From the NCBI GenBank assembly GCA_963783575.1, contig CAWAOD010000015.1, forward strand, positions 32,001 through 96,000: a stretch of 64,000 bases of DNA, written 5' to 3'. This document shows positions 18,030-28,620 of this stretch, one piece after another (the first letter of the stretch is position 1; each line of letters starts with the position of its first letter). The stretch comes from an uncultured Spirochaetota bacterium (GTDB lineage: Bacteria > Spirochaetota > Brevinematia > Brevinematales > JAOACQ01). The notes beneath the pieces are model-generated. The model was not told where the DNA came from and ran no database searches. It was given only the letters and a program-made list of their open reading frames with translations. The translations under genes were made by a program, and so were the position numbers.

Positions 18030-18068
18030 CCCCCCTCTCCGCAAGCGGAGAGGGGTCGGGGGTGAGGC
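18030..18068. repeat. REP-like palindrome
   Basis: cccccctctccgcaagcggagaggggtcgggggtgaggc. Confidence 0.8.
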
Positions 18069-18145
18069 TATGGATAAACAATCCGCTCGCTTTTTCTAAC
18101 CCCACTCTCACAAGCATTTTCCTCATCATCAGTCGGTTCCTGTTA

Positions 18146-18385
18146 TCAGTTTGTATCGCCTAATATACCGGAACCACCAGGTAAAGAATTATAACTACTT
18201 AAGTTACCAAATCCATCAGATAACTCTATTTTAAAGGAATAACTTTTAGTAATTGTGCCAGGACATTCAGCAATAATATGATAATAACTATTTGTACTCA
18301 TATCATAATTTCTACTAATTGCATCACAATTGTTAATAGGAATTGTATCATATAATGAAGTACCATAACCATCACTATAAATTAC
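18146..18385 (-). other. Out-of-frame 79-codon C-terminal tail of the giant Ig-repeat gene, after a G10 tract
   Basis: Frame after the tract reads VIYSDGYGTSLYD...SYSFKIELSDGFGNLSSYNSLPGGSGILGDTN*, including the Ig D-x-x-GN motif. Confidence 0.7.
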
Positions 18386-21300
18386 CCCCCCCCCTCAGGA
18401 GACACATAATTAGAAGTAAGAGTTTGGAAAACATGTAAAGTGCCGGTAACATTATTGAGAGGTGTATCTCCTGGAGTAATGCTTATAGAGCCACCGCTGC
18501 ATGAATACAAGCACCACGGTGCCTTCCTATCCACAATATACATCTGGCTGTTTGTAGCCGCGACTCCGAAATTATTTGTAGCAACAACTATGACATTATT
18601 GCTCATCCAGCTTCCGGCAGCACAGCTCAAATTAATGATATATCTGCCGACTGCTGGAGTTGTTCCCCAATCAGGACTGGCATTAATTCCATACAAATAA
18701 CTAATATTTGTTCCATAACCACGAATACTTTTAATCCCGGCCGGATCACTAACATTTACAAAGATTTGATAATTGTTACTGCTCCCAAGCCATCCATCAC
18801 CACAGGGTACAAGCGAAGATAGATTATTGAAAGTGATATTTGGCTGTTGTGAGTCGTAATAACAATAACCAAGTTTATAAGGAATGCTGTTGATATTTTC
18901 TAAAGAATCTTCTGCTATTACTTCTAAATATCTGGTATTCGTGTCATTAAAAGTTGAAAGTGGGAATTCAAAGTCATTACTTGTAGGATTTGAATCTATA
19001 TAAAGTTGAGCTTGATTATTTGTAATACAAATGTACTTAATTCCAGCATCATCGCTGATATGAATTTTAACTTTTCTATTATCATTATTAGGCGATAAAT
19101 ATTTATTACCCCCATATAACCAATAAGAACTTGCAAAATCCAGTTGAACAGGATTATTAATGTTTGATGCTCCCGAAACATCAACGCTATCTTTATTAAA
19201 CGTCACCACCGGCCCTGTATTATCAAAATAGAACTGGAAATTATTATTACTAGTATTTCCGGCAACATCAACGGCCGTAACGTATGCAGTATATTGCCCG
19301 TCGCCATTAGTGCATTCTGATTTAATAGCCAGTTGAATAGAATTCCCGGAATCTGCATACGTGTTGCTTGTATTATTGGATAGAACCCAGAAGACGCTGC
19401 GCATACCGCTTAAAGCATCATTCGCTATTATGTTGAGATTACCCGAATTGACGCGTTCACCGTATGTCATATTGCTGAAAGTTATTGATGGAGGGGTTTT
19501 ATCGATCACAAAACTATTTGTAACATTGCTGATGTTTCCGGCCATATCTATAGCATTGACTATAAGCATATTTGTCGCTTCATTAGTAAGATAAAATGAG
19601 GCTGTGCCCGAACCATTTATGCTCTGGATACGGATTCCATTTGTATAAATTTCATTCGAGCATCCTGAAATGTAAAGGTATGGATCGGTTATCGAGATGC
19701 TAACCGTAATATTTGTATTAACCGGGACACTCGGTACGCCGCTGATGCTTATATCAGGTGTGTTTGTATCAATGATAATAATAAAATTGGTACTGTTCGT
19801 ATTACAAGCCTTATTCCAGGCGGTTATCGTGACAGCATTTGTCCCTAAATTTGAAATATGAATTGGATTCAAAGTCACAGTACCCGATGCTAAATTTCCG
19901 TTACTCAATAAAATGTTATTATTTGATAATATAAAATGTATTTCATTGTTATTATTTTGAATAGAATTTGTTATTTTTATACCTATATCAACAGGACAGA
20001 AATTATAATAATTTAAAATGCTTTGTAATGTTGTTATGAATGGCGCGGTTTTATCGATATAATTTGTAATAATCATAAAGTTTGTATTACCGGCTTTATC
20101 CTGAGCGTAAATGGACAGAACATGCATTCCACTATTTGTATATGAGATTGTTATCAAGTTCGACGCGCTTGTATTCGACGAAATTGCTATATTTTCATTA
20201 GTATTTGTAATAGCATAATATAACATATTAACATCGGTTAAAGCTATAGTGACGGTTATATTTGTATTAATCCACTGATCATTCATGATTCCGCTAACAT
20301 TTATAACCGGCGGTATCGTATCAATCGTAAAACTTGAGTTGGTATTAGTACTATTTCCGGCCCTGTCCATCGATCTGACATTAATATGATATATTCCGTC
20401 CGCTAAAGCAGTCATCGATATATTTGTAAAGTTAGTTCCATAATTGGTAATTCCAGATAAAAGAGCGGATTGATTGCTTAAGAGAATTATTTGATTGCTT
20501 GGATGCAGATCATAATTAGAAACTGTTATGTTACCGATTGATTTTGCCGTAGCATTGTAATAACCACCCGTACTTATATACAAAGGATTATAAACTATAA
20601 AATTTGTCGGCGCCGTGCGGTCGATGGAGAAATAAATATATACATTCGTGTTAGTATTGGTGTTCATAGCATAATCGATTGCCACGGTCTTTATTGAATA
20701 GTCCCCTTCATTTGATAAAAAACTAAAGGAATTAGTTGATGAAACTGTTTGTCCGACATTGCCGTTCGAATATTGTATATTAGTATTTGTTATATTATTG
20801 CTGAGAATGGTAATTTGATAGAATTTCAAATTATCGTCGGTAATAATAATGGAGGAAGTAATGTTTGTTACACACATATTATTTGTAAAATTCAGCATAT
20901 TGACAACCGGAGGTGTTCCGTCAATAATGATCATATTGCTCATGTTAGTATTAGTTGAGATGTCAGCCTGGTTTCCAGCGAGGTCTTTCGCCGAAATAAA
21001 GATCGGGTACTTGCCGTCGCCGGCCGCGGTCCCCGCGAAGTAAATATTGGTCTGGTTGGTCGAACTGTTTGTTATCTTCAGGGTGTTAGAAATCGACACC
21101 TTGCTGATGTCCAGGTTCAAGTCTTCTATATAGCCGAAAAAGTCCACCCTATTATTACCGAAAAAATATGAAATCCCATTATTTTTAAAATAGTAACTCC
21201 GGTTTGTGGCGTTAAATTGAATATCCGGCTGTGTGTAGTCCATGGTAAATTGAATGTTGCTATTAACTTTCCTGTTCAGTACATCGACAGCGCTGACGGA

Positions 21301-24300
21301 TAGATAATAAATGCCGTCATCGCGAGTGTTCGAAATAAGAAAATTGGTCGATTCGAAGAAGTTATATCCTGACATCACGGAATTCGTAAAAATAATACTG
21401 CCGTTATCCCTGGAAAGATTGACACTGTAATTGCTTAGATGATCGGAAATATTCACATAAACATCTTTACGGGTATTGTAGTATTGGCCGTTCGTAACTT
21501 TACTGACAGCGATGGCAGGAGGTACGCTGTCAATTGTAAAATCAAAGGCGTTAGTTAATAAATACATCTCGCTTTGTGCCCTCGCCTGGGCGTTTATATC
21601 CACATGATAATCCCCGTCATTGGCAATGCTGCAAGCCAGCCCGTTCGTAATATTGAAGGTTTCTCCCGTTCCGCCGTTACTGATAGTTATGATAAGGAAT
21701 TCTTGCGTTCCGTTCGTAACAAAAGCATTGAAATGCATGGTTTCGTTTGTGTAATACACACCCTTCGACAATACGCAACCGTCCATCCCGAAGTAAGCCA
21801 GGCCGGGAAGAGTATCGGAAATCCAGAAGATTATATTGGTAGACGCCGTATTTCCCGCCATATCCGTGGCAAACGCTTGAAAATTATGCTTCCCGGTATT
21901 GGTGATGGGCGTATTGTAATAGTTAACACCGTCCAGTTTCATTTCAAAGTTGCTTGTATGACTGTCGGACATTGCCGCTATATTCTCAATATTTGTAAAA
22001 TAGGTTTCGTTGTTTTCCACATTCAATGTAATCACCGGGGGAGTCCTGTCGATACTGAAAAGGTTGGTAGCCGCCGAGGTATTCCCGGCCATATCGGCGG
22101 CAGAAACGGCAAGCTGGTAATCCCCTTCGTTTGTTATGAGAGTATTTGTGTCGAAAGCCGCGCCGTTAAGGTAAAACGTATAGTTTGACAGCGCCATATC
22201 GCTGACGGTGATTGCCGGTTTAACCTGGTAATACACCCCGCCGGACGCATTAAAGCCGATCTGCGGAGGAGTCCGGTCATAATAAAAGTTCGCGCTGTAA
22301 AGATTGGTATTCCCGGCTTTGTCCGCGGCCATTATGCTGAGAGTGTGGCTTCCGTCGGACAGGGCCTGGTTATTCCATGGAATTCCATCTATAGTGATAA
22401 TGTTTGTATCGGGATAAATCTCGCTCACGCTGATATCCGGAATATTCGAATAATAACCGCCGTTGGTTATTCCGCAAGAAATCCGGGGCGGCGTGAAATC
22501 GAACACAAAAAGTATATTTGTGGAATTTGTATTCCCGGCCTTATCAGCCGCGATTACGCCGATGACGTTGCTTCCGGAACCGGTAACCGTTCCCGTAAGC
22601 GATACAGGATTACCGTTGAGGATTGCCGATGCACTCAAGATATTATCATCAGCGGCCTGGATCGTATACTGAATAGCCTGGTTATAAAAGGCGCCGTTCC
22701 GCAATCCGCTGACCGTGATTACAGGCTTTACAGTATCAATGGTAAATTGCAGAGCCCGGTTTGCTGTCCTCCCAAGTATATCGGTACAGCTTACTGTCAG
22801 GGTATAATGCCCGTCCGGGGCCAGTGGGAACGAATCCTGCATGGCGTTTCCGTTTAATACGGCCGATTTATTTTTTATCATTCCCTGGTAAATAATGGAA
22901 ATGTTCCTGGGTGTGTTATAGAAAGAGCCGTCGGAAACATCATTAATAGTAAATGACGGCTGGGTCCTGTCTATTTTTAATGTAACGCTTTTTGAAATGT
23001 TATATGCCATACTGTTAAGCTGTGCCGTCGCGTACACATCAATCCTGTAATTCCCGTCATCGGTAATGTTGACGGAGTTGCCGGAATCTTTCCCATTGAC
23101 ATAAATGCTCATGGACTCTAATGTCCCGTTCGAGACGGCAGGGCTTACCTGTAAGGAGTTTGATGTGTAGTAAGTGTTGTCATCAGGATTGTAAACACAG
23201 TTCTTTAGGTTATCCATAGATATTAACGGCGTATTGTCCGCGATCTGGAAGGTTATATCCGTCGACGATGTATTGTTTGCCCGGTCGGCTGCAGTAACGC
23301 TTAAAACATGCTGGCCGTCTGTCATTATTCCCCTTCCGTTATAAGGCGAATGGTCCAGGTAAACCGATAAAGTGTTTGTATGCGCGTCTTCCGCGGATAC
23401 ATAAATCACCATATTGGTAAGATAGGTATTCCCTGTACCGACATTCGCCAGTATCTGCGGCGGAGTCCGGTCGATCGAAAACATATCCGTAACCGCGGTT
23501 TGATTTCCGGCTCTATCCATTGCCTCAACCGAAAGGCTGTAATCGCCTTCTTTAATCATAGCCGTATTGGTATCATATGAATATCCGTTCAGATAAAACG
23601 CGCAGTTGGACAGAGACATGTCTGTCACTGTGATCCCTGGTTTTAACTCGTAATAAACTCCGCTACCGGGTGTAATCGTAACAACAGGGGGATTTTTGTC
23701 AAAATAAAAGTCCGAGGAATAATAATTGGTATTTCCCGCTTTATCCCTTGCCGTTATGGTAATGTTATGCGGCCCGTCGGATAATTCCTGATAAGACCAG
23801 TCGGTATTGTCGATCTTCACGGAGCTTGAATCAAGGTATGTATCATTGACCTGGATTCCCGGTATGGAAGAATAATACTGCCCCTGTAAAAGATTACAGG
23901 TAATTGACGGCGGGGTAAAATCAAAGATGAAGGAAATATTGGTATCGGTTCTATTCCCCGCCTTATCCACCGCGGTTACTGAAATTGTATTGCTCCCGGG
24001 GTTTGAAAGATTACCGCTTAAAGAAACCGCCTGCCCGTTCAGATAAGCCTGTATGCTCTGAAGCGCCGGGTCATCTGCCGTAATGGAATATGAGATAGCT
24101 TTATTATAAAAGGCGCCGTCTGATAATCCGCCGAATGTCACAACCGGCCTCGCGGTATCGATTGTAAAATGAACGGTGTTACTCGCCTGCCTGCCTAAAA
24201 TATCCATGCAGTCAGCCTGAATGGTATAATCTCCTGAATTCACAAGGGTAAGAACATCGGGCGCATTCGTTCCGTTCAGAAGAATTTCTTTACTTTTAAT

Positions 24301-27300
24301 CAGGCCCTGCATTCGGATCATAACAACCCTGCCGGTATTATAATAAACCCCATCCTGGACATTGCTTATCAAAATTACCGGCGGAGTCCTGTCAATCGCG
24401 ACAGTAAAATTACTTGACAGGTTATAAATTTTTCCCTGAAGTTTCGCCAGCGAGTAGATTTCAAACTTATAATTCCCGGCGTTGGTCAGGCATGCTTTTC
24501 CCGGGCATTCGGCGCCGTTTAAATAAATCAGGAGTGATTCCTGAGTCCCGTTCGCCACAAATGCGCTTATTTCCAGAACGGCGTTGGTGTAATATTTGTT
24601 GTCGGACGGGTTGTATACGCAGCCTTCCATTCCCTTTACCATAAGGCTCGGATCAGAACCGCTGATGTAAAAGGAAATATTCGTGGAATTGATATTGCCC
24701 GCCAAATCCGCGGCGTTAACGGCCAGCGAATGTATTCCGGTTGCCGTTATACCGCCGCCGTAATAAGGGCTGTTGTCAAGCAACGCGGTCAGGGTATTGG
24801 TATGCGGGTCAACCGCGGTTATCTGGATCGCCATATTGGCTCTGTAAGTCTCCCCGTTATTCGCGTTTAAAACAATCTGCGGTGGAGTACGGTCGATATT
24901 GAATTTCACGCTTTTGTACGACCAGTTACCCGCAAGATCGCTCGCTTCTACAGTAAGGGTATGATCCCCTTCGTTTGTAATGAAAGTATTGATATCATAC
25001 GGCACCCCATCCAGGTAATACGCGGCCCCTGAAAGCGCGTCATCCGCGACTGTAACCACAGGTTTAAGCGAATAATAGACTCCGTTATCCGGCTTTATAT
25101 CTATACTCGGTGCAGTAGTGTCATAATGAAAGTTCGCGGAATAATCATTCGTATTACCTGCTTTACCGTAAGCCTTTATTTCAATATGATGCGGTCCTTC
25201 GGCCAGCATCTGGTTCATCGCATCCTGTTTCTTCCATTCTACACCGTCCATCAGGACGGCCAGTGTATTATCACCGGCGCTGTCAAAGATACTGAGTGGA
25301 ATATAATTGTAATACCCACCTTCCTCTATACCGCAGTCAATGGCAGGGGTAGTATAGTCGAAAACAAAGAATATGTTAGTCTGTGTAAAGTTTCCTGCCC
25401 TGTCCGCCGCTTCGACTCTCAGGATATTTGTCCCGTCGCCGCTGAAAGAATTCGAAAGGGGAATTTTATTTCCGTTTAAATAAGCCGTAACGCTTTGTAG
25501 ATTATCATCATTCGCGGTAATCGAATATCCTGTCTTCTTATTGTAAAAGGCCCCATTCTGAAGGCCGTTGATTACTATCTCCGGACTTTTCCTGTCAATG
25601 GAAAACGCGATCGTTTGACTGTTTGTCCTTCCTAAGATATCGCGGCAGCTTAATTCCAGTGTATAATTTCCTTCTTCTTCCACGTTAAACGTATCCATCT
25701 GGCGAACACCGTTGAGTTTGATTATTTTCGAATTAATTCCTTTCGATGGGATATGGTCCCCCATTGATATTGAAATCTGGTGCGAATTATTATAACATCC
25801 GCCGTTGGTTACGTTATCCGCCTGGATTACAGGCCCGGTGCTGTCAATTGCTAGGTTCAACTGCCTGGATACGGTGCAAAGCTGCCCGCCCGTTTCCGCT
25901 TCCGCATTAATCTCAACCCGGTGGGCCCCTTCTTCGGTAACATTAGCGCTGTCCGCGTATTCTCTTCCGTCAACGTATATTTTCAGCTTTTTCACTGTTC
26001 CGTTTGTTACAAAAGCCTGAAGCGATAAAGGAGCACTGGAATAATAATAACTGTCGTCATTATTCAAAATGCAGCCCTCCATCCCGTTAACCAGGATAAC
26101 CGGACAGGAATCGCTGATATAAAAAGAAAGGTTTTTCATATTCATATTTCCGGCCGCGTCAATAGCTTTAACGGATAAATCATGCGCGCCTAAAGCAGTG
26201 ACTCCTTTATTATCATATTCTTCTCCGTCAAGCAGTATTTCAAGCAAATTGGTATTCAAATCGAATACGGAAGCCGTTATCCCTGTATTTACGGGATATG
26301 TTTCCCCATCCTTTAAATTAACCGAAATTACCGGAGGTGTACGGTCAATGATATATCTTCCGGATTTTATCTGGAAATTCCCTGCCTGATCACTCGCCTC
26401 AATTTTAATATTATACTCCCCCTCCTGATTCAATAACAGGCTTGTATTTGTTACCTGATCATTCAAAAATACCAGGAAATTCGTAATCCCTGGCTTTGAG
26501 AAAGAAAATGCGGGGCTTGCCTCATAATATACCCCTTCGCCCGGCGTAAAAGTTATCACCGGCGGGATTGTATCGATGTTAAAATTCGCGGAAAAACCGC
26601 TGGAGTTTTTCGCTTTATCGACAGCCGTTATACTGATATTATGCTTACCATCGCTTAATTTTTGACCGGCCCACCCTGCCCCGTCAATTTGAATATTTGT
26701 CGTATCCAGGTTCGCATCATCAATATAGATATTCGGAAGCGCCGAGTATACCCCGCCTTCATGAATACCGGAATATATGCCCGGAGGTGTAAAATCAAGT
26801 GTTAGATGTACAGAACCGGTGTAGATTGTGTTTGTAATATCAACGCTTTCCCCCCTGGCCGAAACATCAAAACTGCCTTCATTGGATAAAACATCACCGG
26901 TTTCTACCCCGTTGACATAATACCGGATAAAAGGAATATTTTCAATTGTTTTTAACGAAAGAGGCTTATTGTAATATCCGCCGTTCGAAATCATAATATT
27001 TGTGAAATGCAGAGCCATATAATTGGTATAGCAAGAAAGGATTTTGACATTATTTGAAGCCGCCGAACTATTACCAGCCATATCAGAGCTTTCAACAGTT
27101 ATGGAATGACTGCCGCTTGCCAGAATAAAATTACTGTCCGCCGATACTCCATCAACCCATATCCTGGTAACGGCCGGGTTTTGTTCGTTAACTTTCACGG
27201 CATTATTAACCGGACTCGCTCCGGTAAGGCTTGATGCCACTTCAATTTCGGGAGGCGTTGTATCAACGGTAAAGATTTTATCTTTCGATAGTCCCCCTCC

Positions 27301-28620
27301 GCTTATTCTGACCGTATAATTCCCGTCATCCAGACCGCTGAAAAGATAATTACCGCAGTCTATCTCCCCGGATGAAATAAGCGGTGAGCTTTCGGTATCG
27401 GTAAATACAGAAACCTGGATCGGCCCCTGTATTTGGCCGGTATAGGAAATATCCAGTAAGGAAGTATTAAAATAACGGTTGGTAGAGCTGTTGATCGTTA
27501 TTGAATCTAAACTGCTCTGCAAATTTGTCAGGGTATTTACGTTAGTTATAAATGTCTTAATGTGGCCGGCCTGGTCATATGCCTCAATTTTCAGGCTTCC
27601 ATTCATCGGGGGCAGAGAACAGATAATCCCGTCAGCCTCAAATTCGGAATTATAATAATTTCCGCTGTTTGTCCAGATTGTGAAATTTTTAAAATTCTCA
27701 TCTTTTATTCTTCCAAATATGTAATTGCTGATCGCGTAAACAGTTATTTCAGGATCTTCCGGGTCATAAACGATTGTTACATTTTTCGTAAAATCATTAC
27801 CCGCTTTATCCAGGGCATAAATTTCAATAAATTGATTCCCTGATAAAGGAAGAATCACAAAATTCGTATTCCAGGTAAAATTTTGATAACTGTTAAGTTG
27901 AATCGTCATTTTCTCAAAATTATCTTCCCGGGTTAAAATTCCGATATTTGTGTTTGAAGTGATGTAATACGTCCCCTTATTTGTAATATTCCCATCCAGT
28001 AATACGATCTCGGGTTTTGTTTTATCAACAATAATATTGGTCTTATATGCCATTTCCCAGAGTACAGGCACATTATTATAAACCGGAATAACCTGGAGCG
28101 TATAAAGGCCGTCGGTTATATTACTCTGGGTAAAATCACTTGTGAACGCCTGGCTTCTGCCGGTTACCCATTTAAAATTTTTGTTGCCGTTGCTTAAAAT
28201 AAACCACAGGCCGTCGTAATTATTTGTGGATATTTTCACGTCCCCTGTTAATATCAGATTGCTGCCGAAGTATATATTGCTCAGGTTAAGATTGACGCCG
28301 GTTTCCGTATTGACCGGTTTGTAAGGTCTGGCGCTTTCATTGCCGAGATCGTCAAACGCGCTGACGGCAACCTGGTAATTTCCGTAATCTCCGGTTGTTA
28401 TTCTGTAATTAGTACCGGTAGTGGAAAAATTGGTTCCCCAATTATCATTTGTAACAAATATATTGTATCCGCATTCCATGGAGCCTTTCATTACTTTATC
28501 CCAGTGGAGAAGTATATCCATATTGTCCGGGGTCCAGGCAACATTGCCCGGGGAAGCCGGGGCATCCCTGTCGATGACAAATGAGACTGAATTTGTCACC
28601 ATATTACTGTCATCATCCAT
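18382..28620 (-). CDS. Very large bacterial Ig-like repeat protein; probably the C-terminal part of the 28613-32005 gene
   Basis: About 40 repeats with D.TPP.I ... A.D.AGN motifs; no signal peptide; same frame stays open upstream of the ATG (YLWDSNGGVFLISNTGCYILEASV). Confidence 0.85.
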   Translation of the reverse strand: MDDDSNMVTNSVSFVIDRDAPASPGNVAWTPDNMDILLHWDKVMKGSMECGYNIFVTNDNWGTNFSTTGTNYRITTGDYGNYQVAVSAFDDLGNESARPYKPVNTETGVNLNLSNIYFGSNLILTGDVKISTNNYDGLWFILSNGNKNFKWVTGRSQAFTSDFTQSNITDGLYTLQVIPVYNNVPVLWEMAYKTNIIVDKTKPEIVLLDGNITNKGTYYITSNTNIGILTREDNFEKMTIQLNSYQNFTWNTNFVILPLSGNQFIEIYALDKAGNDFTKNVTIVYDPEDPEITVYAISNYIFGRIKDENFKNFTIWTNSGNYYNSEFEADGIICSLPPMNGSLKIEAYDQAGHIKTFITNVNTLTNLQSSLDSITINSSTNRYFNTSLLDISYTGQIQGPIQVSVFTDTESSPLISSGEIDCGNYLFSGLDDGNYTVRISGGGLSKDKIFTVDTTPPEIEVASSLTGASPVNNAVKVNEQNPAVTRIWVDGVSADSNFILASGSHSITVESSDMAGNSSAASNNVKILSCYTNYMALHFTNIMISNGGYYNKPLSLKTIENIPFIRYYVNGVETGDVLSNEGSFDVSARGESVDITNTIYTGSVHLTLDFTPPGIYSGIHEGGVYSALPNIYIDDANLDTTNIQIDGAGWAGQKLSDGKHNISITAVDKAKNSSGFSANFNIDTIPPVITFTPGEGVYYEASPAFSFSKPGITNFLVFLNDQVTNTSLLLNQEGEYNIKIEASDQAGNFQIKSGRYIIDRTPPVISVNLKDGETYPVNTGITASVFDLNTNLLEILLDGEEYDNKGVTALGAHDLSVKAIDAAGNMNMKNLSFYISDSCPVILVNGMEGCILNNDDSYYYSSAPLSLQAFVTNGTVKKLKIYVDGREYADSANVTEEGAHRVEINAEAETGGQLCTVSRQLNLAIDSTGPVIQADNVTNGGCYNNSHQISISMGDHIPSKGINSKIIKLNGVRQMDTFNVEEEGNYTLELSCRDILGRTNSQTIAFSIDRKSPEIVINGLQNGAFYNKKTGYSITANDDNLQSVTAYLNGNKIPLSNSFSGDGTNILRVEAADRAGNFTQTNIFFVFDYTTPAIDCGIEEGGYYNYIPLSIFDSAGDNTLAVLMDGVEWKKQDAMNQMLAEGPHHIEIKAYGKAGNTNDYSANFHYDTTAPSIDIKPDNGVYYSLKPVVTVADDALSGAAYYLDGVPYDINTFITNEGDHTLTVEASDLAGNWSYKSVKFNIDRTPPQIVLNANNGETYRANMAIQITAVDPHTNTLTALLDNSPYYGGGITATGIHSLAVNAADLAGNINSTNISFYISGSDPSLMVKGMEGCVYNPSDNKYYTNAVLEISAFVANGTQESLLIYLNGAECPGKACLTNAGNYKFEIYSLAKLQGKIYNLSSNFTVAIDRTPPVILISNVQDGVYYNTGRVVMIRMQGLIKSKEILLNGTNAPDVLTLVNSGDYTIQADCMDILGRQASNTVHFTIDTARPVVTFGGLSDGAFYNKAISYSITADDPALQSIQAYLNGQAVSLSGNLSNPGSNTISVTAVDKAGNRTDTNISFIFDFTPPSITCNLLQGQYYSSIPGIQVNDTYLDSSSVKIDNTDWSYQELSDGPHNITITARDKAGNTNYYSSDFYFDKNPPVVTITPGSGVYYELKPGITVTDMSLSNCAFYLNGYSYDTNTAMIKEGDYSLSVEAMDRAGNQTAVTDMFSIDRTPPQILANVGTGNTYLTNMVIYVSAEDAHTNTLSVYLDHSPYNGRGIMTDGQHVLSVTAADRANNTSSTDITFQIADNTPLISMDNLKNCVYNPDDNTYYTSNSLQVSPAVSNGTLESMSIYVNGKDSGNSVNITDDGNYRIDVYATAQLNSMAYNISKSVTLKIDRTQPSFTINDVSDGSFYNTPRNISIIYQGMIKNKSAVLNGNAMQDSFPLAPDGHYTLTVSCTDILGRTANRALQFTIDTVKPVITVSGLRNGAFYNQAIQYTIQAADDNILSASAILNGNPVSLTGTVTGSGSNVIGVIAADKAGNTNSTNILFVFDFTPPRISCGITNGGYYSNIPDISVSEIYPDTNIITIDGIPWNNQALSDGSHTLSIMAADKAGNTNLYSANFYYDRTPPQIGFNASGGVYYQVKPAITVSDMALSNYTFYLNGAAFDTNTLITNEGDYQLAVSAADMAGNTSAATNLFSIDRTPPVITLNVENNETYFTNIENIAAMSDSHTSNFEMKLDGVNYYNTPITNTGKHNFQAFATDMAGNTASTNIIFWISDTLPGLAYFGMDGCVLSKGVYYTNETMHFNAFVTNGTQEFLIITISNGGTGETFNITNGLACSIANDGDYHVDINAQARAQSEMYLLTNAFDFTIDSVPPAIAVSKVTNGQYYNTRKDVYVNISDHLSNYSVNLSRDNGSIIFTNSVMSGYNFFESTNFLISNTRDDGIYYLSVSAVDVLNRKVNSNIQFTMDYTQPDIQFNATNRSYYFKNNGISYFFGNNRVDFFGYIEDLNLDISKVSISNTLKITNSSTNQTNIYFAGTAAGDGKYPIFISAKDLAGNQADISTNTNMSNMIIIDGTPPVVNMLNFTNNMCVTNITSSIIITDDNLKFYQITILSNNITNTNIQYSNGNVGQTVSSTNSFSFLSNEGDYSIKTVAIDYAMNTNTNTNVYIYFSIDRTAPTNFIVYNPLYISTGGYYNATAKSIGNITVSNYDLHPSNQIILLSNQSALLSGITNYGTNFTNISMTALADGIYHINVRSMDRAGNSTNTNSSFTIDTIPPVINVSGIMNDQWINTNITVTIALTDVNMLYYAITNTNENIAISSNTSASNLITISYTNSGMHVLSIYAQDKAGNTNFMIITNYIDKTAPFITTLQSILNYYNFCPVDIGIKITNSIQNNNNEIHFILSNNNILLSNGNLASGTVTLNPIHISNLGTNAVTITAWNKACNTNSTNFIIIIDTNTPDISISGVPSVPVNTNITVSISITDPYLYISGCSNEIYTNGIRIQSINGSGTASFYLTNEATNMLIVNAIDMAGNISNVTNSFVIDKTPPSITFSNMTYGERVNSGNLNIIANDALSGMRSVFWVLSNNTSNTYADSGNSIQLAIKSECTNGDGQYTAYVTAVDVAGNTSNNNFQFYFDNTGPVVTFNKDSVDVSGASNINNPVQLDFASSYWLYGGNKYLSPNNDNRKVKIHISDDAGIKYICITNNQAQLYIDSNPTSNDFEFPLSTFNDTNTRYLEVIAEDSLENINSIPYKLGYCYYDSQQPNITFNNLSSLVPCGDGWLGSSNNYQIFVNVSDPAGIKSIRGYGTNISYLYGINASPDWGTTPAVGRYIINLSCAAGSWMSNNVIVVATNNFGVAATNSQMYIVDRKAPWCLYSCSGGSISITPGDTPLNNVTGTLHVFQTLTSNYVSPEGGG

